A stretch of DNA of 64,000 bases from Heteronotia binoei (taxonomy: Eukaryota): contig NC_083227.1 in NCBI RefSeq assembly GCF_032191835.1, positions 62,434,001-62,498,000 on the forward strand. Direction: 5' to 3'. A model generated the notes under the pieces. It made no database searches. It was not told the DNA's origin and saw only the letters and a list, made by a program, of their open reading frames with translations. The position numbers were made by a program, and so were the translations under genes. Position 1 is the first letter of the stretch; each line of letters begins with the position of its first letter. Shown here piece after piece: positions 1 to 12,248 of the stretch.

Positions 1-627
1 AAGTTTGCATAATTTATTTTGATTGAACAATCTGGCAAAAGATACCTCACCACAACTGTCAAATCCTTTATTAATTCACTCTCTTTTTCACTATTAAAAT
101 ACATGGTTTGTCATATGAAAATGCCTTTAGCTACTGAGTCATAGTTGATTCATTTAGTTTAATGTTAGCTACTCAAGTTCACAGTACAAATGTCTAGCAC
201 AGAATCTTGGACCTTCTGCATACAAAGCTTGAGCCTTGATATACCCCATGTGTTGAACATGCAATGGGAAGTCATGACCAAATTCATACCTAGGGGTGTA
301 TGAATAAAATAAATTGTGTGTGTGTGCTTCATTTAATCACATTCAACATTTTTTATGCCTGTGTTACAAAGAAGGAAGCCAGTCATCCACATCCTTTACA
401 TGGACACATTACTAATTCAGAACCCACAGAGATATCTCCATTAAAAAAATAACACAACAGAGCTACTGGCATAGAGATAAATCATATACTCAGGGCAAAA
501 ACCGCAGTGAGCTAAAAACACAATGAAGAATGAAAGTCAAAATCTTTTAAGGCAGAAATATAAGACATGCCCACCTAAGAGCTTACAATTTATATAGGCA
601 TTGGAGCAGATGAAACCAGTGCCATCA

Positions 628-2051
628 TGTGATGAACTGAAAGCAGTTTGCCTGAGTGAGAGTTGAGAAGCTCACTCTGATTGGCTGAGCCGCTTCCATG
701 GTAATGAATGTATCAAGTGGAAGGAGGCAGCCAGGGGGAGATATCTCCTCAGTGTTCAGTTTTTGTCTTGGAGACTAGAGCTGAGAGCACACTGAGCAAG
801 TGTTCAGTTCAGTTCCTGAGACAGAGCTGGTTGTGTTTTAGAGCTCTTGTCTGTGTGAGAGTTGATCTGTTAGAAGGGGCTAACTGTAGCACTTTCTGGG
901 GGGGAAAACTTTTAAGGCTGTGTCACACAGCAGAGTGAGACTATAAATCTCTGCTGAGGAGTTCTGTCAGACCAAAGTGCAGACTCCTGGTTCTAAGATA
1001 CAACACCAACACACACATTGTGAGAGTGACAAAGGGTTCTTGTGGCTATATGGAAATTCCAGAAGTCAGACAGAGATCCTGTCAAGCCCCAAAATTCCCA
1101 ATAATATTTGTCTTGTTTCAAATAGACCGGTTTATTCCAGAATTCAAAGGTGCTACCCGGAACATGGTCCATGGAAATACTGAGAGGTAACATGCTTACT
1201 ATATAGGGTATCATAAACCATTACAAAAGGTGCTTCATTTAATCTAAGGTTCAGAGGTTAAAGCAGTGACTATCTTTTTTTACTACAAAAGCATTCTCAC
1301 ACTACATTGTTACCAGATAAGGAAGCCTGTGAATTTAAGGAGTACATCCTTGAAACACAGCAGGCCTTTTCCAGTACCATACACATTCTTCTGCCAGATG
1401 GTGATGCCTACGTGTTCTCTACGTTGTAAATAATAGAGAAGGATCAGAGCATTAGCCTGACATTTGGCCAGCCATCTCTAAGAAAAGGATGGAGTTTGAC
1501 AGATCCTAGCTGTGTAAGGGACTTAACACAAGTGAATGAGGTGCTGGTGTGAAGAGCCCTCAAGGGTGTTAGTGTACAGGGTATAGCTCTACAATCTAGA
1601 GGATACCTAATTTGCTAGGGGAAAGGGTCTGTGAAGGGAAGATCTGTCACAAGTCAGTCCTCTGTGTGAGTGAGATAGTGCGTGGAAGTTTATCTGAAAA
1701 GCCAAAACTGACTTTATAAGTCTTTCTATAGTGAATGAGTGTTATCCAGAGTGAGGGAAACACTGTTTGTTTGTTTTTTTATATTATAACATCAGCTTGC
1801 CAACATAAGAAGTATTCTTGAGTTTATTATTACTTGACTTTCTGCCTGCCAACTGATTATTACAATCATTTGATATTGTTTCCTCCCTTCATAGCCTTTC
1901 TGTATATAATAAAACTATTATTTTGTTTCAACTTTAAAACATTATCAGTGCCTTAATTATTTCTGACAAGGTTAATTTTAGGTTCTCCTGAGGTACTGAG
2001 TAAAGGTGACAAAAAGTGGTCCCTTTTTTACCCGCTGACCCTGATGTCACT
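628..2051 (+). mobile_element. LTR-like sequence (possible solo LTR)
   Basis: Starts TGTGATG, ends GATGTCAC(T), AATAAA at 1908-1913, no long ORF, LTR-like composition. No TSD found. Confidence 0.35.
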
Positions 2052-2269
2052 TATACATCCTCACAACAGCAAGACGCAAACTTGAATTTGTTTCCCATAG
2101 TCTCATGCTCAAAGAAGAGTAAAGTCTGAGGATTTTTCTGGCAGCTTAGCCTACCACAAAAGATAAATATCAACACATTAAATACTTTTCATTCCCTTAG
2201 TGCCTTCCCATAGTGCCATAATATTTAGCTAAAACCATTAATAGAGTAAAATCATATTTAAAATACCTG

Positions 2270-2500
2270 TACCAAGACTCCTCCTTAAAGTTAAAAGAAT
2301 CAGTGAATCCAGACCATATCTTATTTGGCATTCTGGTTTCGATATATGATTCGTATTAAAGATACAAAAATGTTCTATAATTTATGACATACAACATGCA
2401 TCATGATTACTTAGTAAAAAATCAGGTAATAAAAATGGTAATAAACATGCATGTTATTGAATAGATCTTGACATGATAAAAAAGGTATTGTGAAGAAGAG
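2270..2500 (+). mobile_element. Degraded L1-type LINE ORF2 C-terminal fragment
   Basis: Translates as SLKLKESVNPDHILFGIL...RYKNVL*FM, resembling the squamate L1 ORF2 C-terminus (KPELFLLGI...KYKNLL); contains stops. Confidence 0.35.
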
Positions 2501-2692
2501 ACAATACAAACTGACACTGCACAATGGCCCTCTAGAGACTTCCTAGGTCATATGTTAACAGTGTGATCCCCAAGTAGACACAGACCTTTCTAGGTCCTTT
2601 AATGTTAAAGGTAAGTGAAAGGTGTAATTCTGCTTAGAATAGCACAGTAAGACCCCTGCCCCTCATTGTTTGGGGTATAAAATCCACAAGAG

Positions 2693-2900
2693 TTCTGTGA
2701 GATCACTGTCAAGTGACATGCAGGGTTACCAACTCCAAGTTGGAAAATACCTGGAAACTGGGGGGAGGAGCCTGCAAAAGTGGGTTTGGAGGAGAGGTGG
2801 GATCACAGTGGGGTATAATGCCATAGAATCCACCCTCCAAAGCAACCATTCCCCCCCAAGGGGACTGATCTCTATAGCCTGGGGGGGGTCAGTTGTTAAT
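2693..2900 (+). mobile_element. hAT-type non-autonomous DNA transposon fragment (AGGGTTGCCA-type end)
   Basis: Begins cagggttaccaactcc, the same end motif as the TSD-bounded element at 54826-55623. Confidence 0.45.
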
Positions 2901-3019
2901 TAATCACCCTATACCAGCTCACGCCAAGCTCAGGGTGATGTACAACATATATTAAAACAATACACTAGTTTAAAAAAAAGCACAACAATTTAATTAAAAA
3001 TATAAAATCTCAGATGGCA

Positions 3020-3480
3020 TTCTATAAGTTTTTTCTGCATTCTGGACTGTCAAGAGCGTCATGCTGCGGGGGAGGGGGAGAAGAAAACTTACAATGTAAC
3101 TTGGGGGGGATGGAAGAGAAGATGCCGGCCAAGTAACAAACCACTGCTGTCCTCAAACAAAAGCCTGTAGAACATCTCTGCCTTATAGGCCCTGATGTCA
3201 TCTGGCAGAGGGTTTCACCAGGCTGGGGTCAGGAGGACTGACAAGGCCCTGCCCTGGTCAAGGACAGCCAGATGTCACCAGAACATTGTTATCAGTAGAG
3301 CATAAAGCTCTTCCAGGGACTTACCACAGGAGACGGTCCTGTGGATAAGTTGCTCCCCGACAACTCAAGGAAGAGTTCTAACTCCAGGAGATCTTCAGGC
3401 TCTTCATGGAGGTTGGCAGCCCTAACAACATAACGATCAGAGGCCTTTGAAATAGGCATCTATTGCAACAATAGTGTGCC
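3020..3480 (-). mobile_element. L2-type LINE 3' fragment
   Basis: Reverse-complement resembles the L2 3' regions at 41373-41850 and 56780-57250 (agggccttgtcagtcct...ccagcctggtg). Confidence 0.4.
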
Positions 3481-5107
3481 TGGTTTTTTCCACTAAATTT
3501 TTTTCAAGCAGATGATGTCCCAAGAAGTATATTGCAACAGTGTTATTGTACTGTCATTTGACTCAGCATTTATTTGCCAGCCTGTATATTCCTTCTTTAT
3601 CTTTCTCCTTTCTTCCACTGGAATATTGTTCCTTGCTCATCATTACCCAATATTCTATACCTTATGTGATTTGGTCTTGTATCCCACTAGATGGGGTCTT
3701 AGATATGTGCATTTTCTGAGACAAAAAAGGCTGTAAATGCATTCTACAAGATTCTTGTTGACATTGCTTTAAAAACGAATTTGAAACTAGAATGTCATCA
3801 AAACTATAGGCTATCTTTAATCTGACAAACAAGAGCCCCGTGGCACAGGAAAACATGAAAGCAACGTCACCCCAGAGTCGAAAACGACTGGTGCTTGCAC
3901 AGGGGACTACCTTTACCTTTTTAATCTGACAAATGAGACTTTTCATTAAATCACTGCTGAATTAATGACCATTTACAATATCAGTGGGCTTTAAATAGCT
4001 GGGATTAGAGAATGAAATGTTCCATTTCATTTGTCACTCTCACAGCAATTCCCCTGTGTGAAAAGAGTGCTCTAGGCCAAAATCTCTAAGTCAACACAAC
4101 TGTTATTGTTGTCGAGTAAATTAATCTCTAAAGCTTGCACCATGTCCAAGAAGGATCTCCAGGCTGTGTGAATCTTACCAGAGGAAAGTACATCTTGAAG
4201 AAATTATTGGGATTAGCATATTTCCCCAGTTTCTGTGGTGCCTTAAATTCTTCTCCTAGCAAGAAGATGTTAAAACTGCTTTTAAACAAGTACTTTCATA
4301 CTTTGCCACACACACACACTTTTTATTTAGTTTGTCTTGTCTTTTTGTGAAAATGCTCTACACACCAGAGAGAACAACAAGCTTAAAAATTAGAACCTTT
4401 TTGCCTCAGGGGGTATTTTCTTTCTATATACTAACTGATGTCAGTCATTCTGCCCCAGGGCTTCAGTGCACAGTAAAAATGTAAAATCATCATCATCGTC
4501 GTCATAAAAAAAAAAAACACAGCACAATCACGGGGGGGGGGGGGAAGTCTTTAATTCCCCCTCTTTTTTGCATGTCCAAAAACTGGCTTAGAGTAATGAA
4601 TGTGCTTTGAAAGGACAGAAAGAAGATAGATTTCCGGGTGGGGTGGGGGGGGGGGTTGAATCTAGAATTGAAGATTGCGAATTATCAGTGCAACACTGAT
4701 AAATACTTTCAGTAACCTGAAGCCCCTAAATTAGGAAAATTTTGGTATCGCCCCCCAAAATCACTGAAGAAAAAAAAAAAAGGAAGACTTCTACTTGCCT
4801 TAACAAAAAAGAGGATTGTAAGGGAAAATACAGGTCCTTAAACTTTCAAGGGAGGGAAGGTGGGATGGTATAGCTCAGTCTCCTCAGATGTCAGAAGCTA
4901 CACAGGGTCCATACTTGCAGAGGAAGGCAGTGGCAAATGAGTTCTGCTTCTCAGTTGTTTTAAAAGCCCCTTGCCAGGGTTGCAACTTGACATTACACAT
5001 GTTTGTAAACTTTCAAGATACAATGAAAGCTACAATATGAGGATATATTACATAACTTTATGTAGAGACCAAAATATTTTTTAGAAGGAAAAGAGCTGAC
5101 CCCGGGG

Positions 5108-5307
5108 GGAAGGGCAAGGCTCAATGGCAGAGCATCCACTTTCCATGCAGATGGTTTCAGTTCAATACTTGGCATCCCCAATAAAAAGGATATGGTGATG
5201 TAAAAGATCTCAACTAAGACCCTGGGAAGGGGGCTTCCAGTCAGAGTAGACAGCAGTGACCTTGAGAAACAATAGTTTGATTCACTATAAGGAAGTTTCG
5301 TGTGTTT
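5108..5307 (+). mobile_element. tRNA-derived SINE with CR1-like tail
   Basis: Box A-like ggctcaatggcagagc and box B-like ttcagttcaatact. The body is similar to the copy at 58732-58940. Confidence 0.7.
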
Positions 5308-5737
5308 GAGATTTTGGCTTGAATTCTAAGGCAATCTTCCTTTCATTCTTTTCTCCATGCACTAAGGCTTTCCTCTACTGCAGCACCCAATTTCTCTGGC
5401 CTAGCACTTTTTCCAGAAGTCCTTAAATTGCAGAAGGACTAGCAGCAGAAAGCCTCCACGGTGGTCAAAGAAAAGCATAAGGGGAACACAACCTCATTGA
5501 ACCCAAGTCTAAGGTGAAAACATCATCACTGAAAAAAATGAGAATGCTACCAAAAAGAAAGAGATTAGTATAATGCATTTGCATGCTGCAACAAGAAAAA
5601 GTGACATCATACTAGAAATAAAGCAGATGAGGAAGGCAATTAGTGAATGTAGGTAGAAGGAATGTAGTGAAGACACTGAAAACAATACAATATGAGACAT
5701 GGAAGGAGACATCAGAGAAGTTATTAACCACAGAAAA

Positions 5738-6030
5738 AGGGTGCCAAACGAGTGGTCCACAGGCTGTATCAGGTCTACAAGCAACTCGCGCCATCTGCTT
5801 CCTTCTCCCTCTCTTGCTTCCTTCTGTGCCTCAGCCTACTTTTCCCAGACTTGTTCACACAGGAGCTACAGAGTAAAGCCTCTATTTTCTCAACTGGCTG
5901 AGGCTCCTCCCCCTCCATGTTTCCTGAGGAGGGAGGGAAAGAGTGAGCTTGCTTTGCTCAGTTCCCTCAATCGCGGGGAGAGATACAAAGAACACACCTT
6001 TAAGGCCAATAAAGTTTTTTTTATTTATTT
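5738..6030 (+). mobile_element. hAT-type non-autonomous element, left part
   Basis: gggtgccaaac end motif. Internal block caggagctacagag...ggctgaggctcc is shared with 25640-25920. Confidence 0.5.
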
Positions 6031-6119
6031 ATTGCCGCAAGGGGGAGGGGAAGGAGAGAGGGGGGGAGAGGGAAGGAGAGGGAGGGGGAGAGAGGGGAGA
6101 TGGAGTAGGGAGAAAGTGG

Positions 6120-6720
6120 GGTGTATGGGAGCAGAGCAGAAAGGAAACCCCAGGTAGCAGAACCCCAGAAAGCAGAGGAGTAGGGTGAGTGTTAGAGATG
6201 CACAGGAAGGCAAGGACTATGGAACAATTCAGGCAGTAACCTCAGGAGAAAGGAGGAGAACAGAAAGGAATTCTGAGGTACTTCAGACAGGTACAGGCAG
6301 CAGAACCCCAGAAAGGGGTGGGGTGGGTGATAGAGATACAGAGGAAGAAGGAAAACTCAAGATGACTCTGGAACAATTCAGGTAGAACACACAGGAGTAG
6401 GAGGGGGTGTATTGGAGGCAAGGAGAAAGGAATTCCAAGGCATCCACTCTGGAACAATGCAGGGAGCAGAATTCCCAGAATGTGGTATGGTGGATGCTAG
6501 GGATGCACAGTAAGGTGGAAACCCCAATGCAATGACCATGGAAGTATTCAGGAGAAAGTGGAGCATATGGGAACAGAGCAGAAAGGAAACCCCAGGTGGC
6601 AGAACCCCAGAAAGCAGTGGGATGGGGCGGGTGTTAGATATGCACAAGAAGGGGGAAACGCCAAGGCAATGACTGTGAAAGAATTCAGGCAGGAACCCCG
6701 GGAGGAAGGAGGGGAGTGTC
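6120..6720 (+). repeat. Degenerate purine-rich tandem array
   Basis: Recurring gcagaaccccagaaag and ggaacaattcagg modules. A ~50-bp near-identical block occurs at about 6126-6176 and 6568-6617. Confidence 0.6.
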
Positions 6721-7055
6721 TCCCCTAAGGTTTCATATTGTCTGAAGATTTTAAATTATCAGAAAGTATGCAAACACACTCAGATTTGTGTAACAATTCC
6801 AATAAGTGGTTTCAGAGAACTAATGACTGCTACCTTGACATAGTGAGGCTAAATGTTTGTCTTGCTCTGGTGCAGGCACATAAGGCTGGGGCATAGCTGA
6901 TCACACAAACTGAACCAAGCTTTCTATTTTTCAGCTTTTAGAGGGCAATAGCCTAGAGTCACCAGGAAGATCTTCTGACAGAGAAAAGGAACTGTATTAA
7001 AAACTCTTCCCCTGTTCATTTATTTTACTGGAGAGAGAGAGAGAGAGAGAGACTT

Positions 7056-7113
7056 GCTTTGGTCTCCATCATTTGAAGAGAAAGGCTTTGGTCTCCATCA
7101 TTTGAAGAGAAAG
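7056..7113. repeat. Perfect 29-bp tandem duplication next to (GA)n
   Basis: gctttggtctccatcatttgaagagaaag at 7056-7084 and again at 7085-7113. Confidence 0.95.
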
Positions 7114-9203
7114 ATATCTGTCATTTTCCTATGTAGAGGCTGCAGGGAGGGAAAGGTAATGGAAAGCAAAAGTCAGAGGGGCAGATAAAGGGAAGGAGAT
7201 AGGGTAGCCAACTTCTTGGAGATTTAAGGGGTGGGGCCTGGACACGGTGGGGTTTGAAGCAGGATGGGACCTCAGACAGGTACAATGCAATTTCCTCCTG
7301 GGGAACCACTGTTGCCAATCTCCAGGTGAGGGCTGGAGATCACTCAGAATTACAACTACTCGCCAGATGGAAGAAATAAGCTCCCTTTGAGGTGAGGAGG
7401 AGTGAATGCCTTCACTTGGATGAATGGGAAGACAGCACTCACTCAGATTCTCCTTCCAAAGCCTGTTGTATTTTTCTTCACAACAGGCTTTATTCCTAGT
7501 AAATGAATAAATGAAATAAATAAATAAATGAAATAAAGTGAAACTGGGCTTCCTATGTCACTGAGCACTTGGTTAACAATAGCTGCTAACCTGTACTGTT
7601 CAAGCTTATTTGGCAGAAACAGGTTTTTCATCAGACTTCTGTCAAACTTCAGGTCTGCACTGCTGAATAGCTTCAGATTCTGTAACTGGCAAAACAACAT
7701 GCAGAATGAAAGGCATTCTTTCAGAGCCCAAATAGAGTTTTCTGGGAGATATTAAAGGCTGACACTCACCAACCAACATCAACGATGCTAAGCCCAGAAT
7801 GTTCTCAAAATATGCAGAGCAACAAAGGAAAGCAGTGGACTTTCTTGACTCTTCTAGAACCATCACCATATCTGGGCAACACCCCACCCCCATTCTTCAG
7901 GTAATCCGTCAAAACAAGCAGTTTCACAGAATTATTTCATAATTCAACAGCACCTAATTTTTTGTTTGTTTTCAAACAGCAATAGTAAAATTCTAGGAAC
8001 TGGGATTTTATCCTGAAGGTAAAGTGAGCACTGCAAACAGATTGCTGTCTCTTGTTGTTAGAAGCCTTTGCTAAGGGGCAGAAAGGGCTACCTAAAATCC
8101 TGGACCTATGTTCTGCCTTTAGAGTTTCTGAATATTCCCTATTAAGAATACACGATAATAGCCAAACACAGCTCACTGACAAAATAAGAGACAAGCATTA
8201 TAAACAGAGTTACAAACTTATGTCCATTGTCAATGGCTTTCAAAGGGTGTAAGCGATCTGTCTCTGTCTTTATCTGCATACATACATATTCAAATTTCTA
8301 GTGATAGACTGAACAAAACTGTTAACAATAATGTATCTGTTAAAGATAATGAATTACTTTCTTCCAAGCAAGAAAGGAAATTATGCTATTCTCTCATGAT
8401 ATAGTCAAACAAGCTGTTGAAGGGAAATAAAGGTCACTCTTTTTTTCAGTACAGCTTCCCAATTCTTCCCAATTCAGTATCGCTTCCCAATTTCCAGCCT
8501 TATATGCTGCTTCGCCATGTAAACACTGTCTATCCACATTTTCCTGCCTGTATAATAAGCTTCAAAGTCAGCCCACCCACAAGCTGCTTGTGGCTATTCC
8601 AGCAGGTGGGTACCAATCAGGGATCTTTTGGAACAGTATCCCATCAGGAGGGGGAGATCAGCAAGGCAGCTCTTACTACCTCCCAGTTTTTTTTTCTCCA
8701 AATCATAAATTGTGATAGCTCTTCTGTATCTTGTTAGCCATAACAGCAATGCCAATAGCGCCATCAAAACTGTGAAATTGGCAAGTATCACAATATGCCC
8801 TGCTTATGACTTTTTTACACATGTAATTTCCCTTACTCCACTTTACTTCAGCAATGGAATACAGATAATTTCCTCTGTATTGTTCATCATCTTAGTGGCT
8901 GTGCTGCAGCAATTTCAAGCTTATACAATGAGACAGCAGCAGTTGCTGTCCACAGCACTCTTATTCTTCAGTCAAGAGTTTGGCCCATTACTGAAATGCA
9001 AATATGACCAGTTTGGGTTAGCTTTCAATTGATTAATTTACCTGCAGATGAAGAAATATAGGGTAGTGTTGGTTATGTGTAACAGATTTCACTTTATTTG
9101 AAGAAAACAATAAAGATTGATTGAACAGACTCTGCTGTGCTGACATTATTATGTTTCTTCCACTAATTACAGAACAAACCTCCAGAGTCCAGACCTGTTT
9201 TCC

Positions 9204-9268
9204 CTTCTTCTTCTTCTTCTTCTTCTTCTTCTTCTTCTTCTTCTTCTTCTTCTTCTTCTTCTTCTTCT
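9204..9268. repeat. (TTC)n microsatellite, about 21 units
   Basis: Uninterrupted ttc run seen directly. Confidence 0.97.
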
Positions 9269-9371
9269 AACAGAAATATCTACTTCCCCTTTTATTACTT
9301 TCAGCCATATTTGACCATATTCAATCTGGTTGTATTCAGACTTCAGACAGACAGGCCATTTATGTCATGAA

Positions 9372-10099
9372 TGTCATGCCTTGGAGATGTACAGTCTTTT
9401 GAAGCACACCAGGGAGTTCCTGAGATCCTGACAGCTGCTTGTTTTCCCAGAGAAGAGAACCATAAAATGCACTAAGAGGTCAGTAAGCCTCTTATGATGT
9501 ATTTCTGCAGAGAGATAACCATTTGCTCAACCTGCCAGGAAGGGCAAGATGGATAGCTGTTGTAAAAACACGATCCAGGTATTGAGATATGTGGGACATG
9601 TACCCTAAGTTGATTGGGGGACTGAGGTTCGGCTTCCCAAGTGGGAGTGAGTTCTCCAAAGCTGGATTACATAGAGGATTCCAACCAGTAAAAGAAGGGT
9701 TAAAAATTGATAACAACCATTAGTCTTTGTGCAAATGCTGGAGGTTGGATTCCACTGTATGAATTAGGTGAGGGTCAGGATGTGCATTTGTTCCACATAC
9801 AACTGGGGTGGGAGTGGGGCACCAGAAGTAAATCTGTATTGTTAAGTTTAGTGTTATATGTTTTTTCTGTTCTTTTCATTAGACAAGTAACCCAGTAGGG
9901 CAATGGTGTTCAAGCTTAATCTGTAGCAATAAAGTCTTTTCCCGTTAAAGGGAGCAGACAGTGATTCAAACTCCTTGAGCACCTTAACTACTCGATCAGA
10001 CTCACACACAAGGGATGGGCTAAAGTAACTAGGAAACTCTGCCTTTGGCACCTGCTTCAGAAGCAGACTTTACCAGAGTTCCCTAAGTAACTAGTGACA
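9372..10099 (+). mobile_element. Probable solo LTR (~730 bp)
   Basis: Ends TGTCAT...GTGACA, AATAAA near 9928, flanks tgaa / tgga (possible decayed 4-bp TSD). Confidence 0.45.
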
Positions 10100-11626
10100 T
10101 GGAAGGCTGGATTTCTAACTTGGGGTGCTGGCACAAAGAAGAGAAACATGCTTTATGTGCACACATGAATGCAATCACATATGGCTCCAGTACAGGTTTA
10201 TGACAATGGACACACCAGAACCCTCAAGCTCACACACTCCGTACCTTCTGCATTTTATCCCTGGTGCACTCTGTTGAGACTAGAAACTCCACAGTTTAGC
10301 TAGTCCTGAATCTAACCATAACTCAACTCAACATCCAAACCTGGATGTTTTGATAAACTGAGGCTTGTATGACACATGTGAATACAGCCTGCATTTTCAC
10401 CAGCATTTTTGATGTCTTGCGAAATTAGCTCTCTGGTGAAGTCTTCAGAATTTTGTGTAAACAGCATTAGATGCAAATTTTCAATACTTTCAACACAACA
10501 GCCTTTCAACACTTTTGCAGACGTTTGTTTTCTCCTATTTTACTTTGTAAGTAAATAGTTACTTGAATTGCCAGAATAAGGGCAGAACAAAGATCAATAT
10601 ACCAACCTCAAGAAAATCTTCAATTCACAGCAGTGTACTGTTTCAAAATTACAATGTCTATGAATAGCTTCAATTCATTGTTAAAAGGCTACTAGGAGAT
10701 AACTAAAATTGAAGGGAAAATTAATAAATCCAAAACTCAACCCCTAACTTTAACTGATTATGTTGGTAGCCAACATTCAGTGCAGACCTCTATTTCTCAG
10801 ACAATGATTCAGGGCTCCTGTGCATTACAGGAGGAGACAGACTCAGAGATATATTTATACAGTTGCCCTCCTGAGTAACTGCTACTCAAATGCCCCACTC
10901 CTCATTTAAGTAGATAATGTTTAACAAAACAGACAAAATAGAGTCCAGTAAGTTATGAAATTTTGGGTAGTTATGAAATGCAAGATTATTTTGGGATTGA
11001 TCTCACAGCTCTCATGATCTGTGATGGCATTCATATCACTTATTTGGCATTCCAAAATGCTTTCAACTAAATGGTGTTTTTCAAAATGTAAAGTGCTGTA
11101 AATTGGTATTATTTGTACAAGGCCAAAACTTCTGTGATACAGTGAATAGCAAGCTGTCATTTTCTTCGTACAGATTTCGATGTACTGCATTGCGCACCAC
11201 GAACAATGCAATCCTAACAGAGTACCATAATTTCAATGGATTTATAAGGGTATAACTCTGTGGAAGACTGTAGAGAGCACACACATTAAAATGTCCAAAA
11301 CATAGCACGCTATCAAAACAGGAAATCAATATATTTAACTCTACAAGACACAAGGAATTTAGTGCCCCTAAGAATAGTCACTGTTGCGACTTGGGCAAGC
11401 AGTTAGGGGGTTTGTATTTAGGGTCTGACAATTGTGAATAAACAGATAACTTTTGAAAAGACAACCTTGTCTCCAGGTATTCCTCTATCATTAGTAATCG
11501 TCCAAGCTGAAATGGAAGGGAGTTTCTCATCTTTTGATCTCAAGTGTAAAAGGGACCTCACAGCACAGAATGTTGAAGTTCCCCCAGTGCCCCTACATTA
11601 CATATTTTTCTACAGACTAAACTCAT

Positions 11627-11777
11627 NNNNNNNNNNNNNNNNNNNNNNNNNNNNNNNNNNNNNNNNNNNNNNNNNNNNNNNNNNNNNNNNNNNNNNNNNN
11701 NNNNNNNNNNNNNNNNNNNNNNNNNNNNNNNNNNNNNNNNNNNNNNNNNNNNNNNNNNNNNNNNNNNNNNNNNNNNN
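11627..11777. other. Assembly gap (151 N)
   Basis: N run. Other gaps: 13276-13434, 36093-36270, 61889-62027. Confidence 0.99.
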
Positions 11778-12248
11778 AGTGCACTCTGGTGGGGCTGACC
11801 GATGAGTTTTGGAATCTTCAGCTGGATTGGAAAATGGTGCACCAACTATAGTGAGTTAAAACAAGCAACTTCTATTGTTGGATGCCAGTTTGCTTTGGGG
11901 CACAAATCAAAGTGTTGGTAAAGTTATTCTCTTACAAAGTTCCTCACAAGCTGAGTTTCAGGTTACTTTATGGAGCTACTGAGGGAAAGAGCTGGGAACA
12001 CCAGAGTCAAATGAATAAAATATGGACTGAACCTTTTCCTACATCTATATGCATGTAACGGAAAGTCTGGGTGAAGCGAGGCACTGGGACCTTAGCTCAT
12101 GGCTTAGACTCAGCCTGATGGTGTGTGTAATGGCAGCAGCACCAATTTAGAGAAACCTTATGGTCAATGTTCCCTCTAAGCTGCAGAGCCTTGTGAGGAA
12201 AAATTCTACTTTGTGAGCTACTGGCATTAAAGTTGTGAGCTACTGCAT

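Noticed and set aside
6120-6720. CRISPR-like repeat-spacer array
   Set aside because: Eukaryotic context; the repeats are degenerate and irregular, and there are no cas genes.
7642-7893. Minus-strand exon candidate ending TTG|GTGAGT near 7770
   Set aside because: No convincing acceptor and no similarity to contactin sequence.
11627-11777. CNTN3 exon 3 hidden in the 151-N gap
   Set aside because: The size would barely allow it, but the flanks show no splice-site or exon sequence; cannot be fully excluded.
11434-11845. ORFs spanning N runs (also about 13100-13540, 35880-36360 and 61850-62060)
   Set aside because: They are open only because N codons contain no stops.
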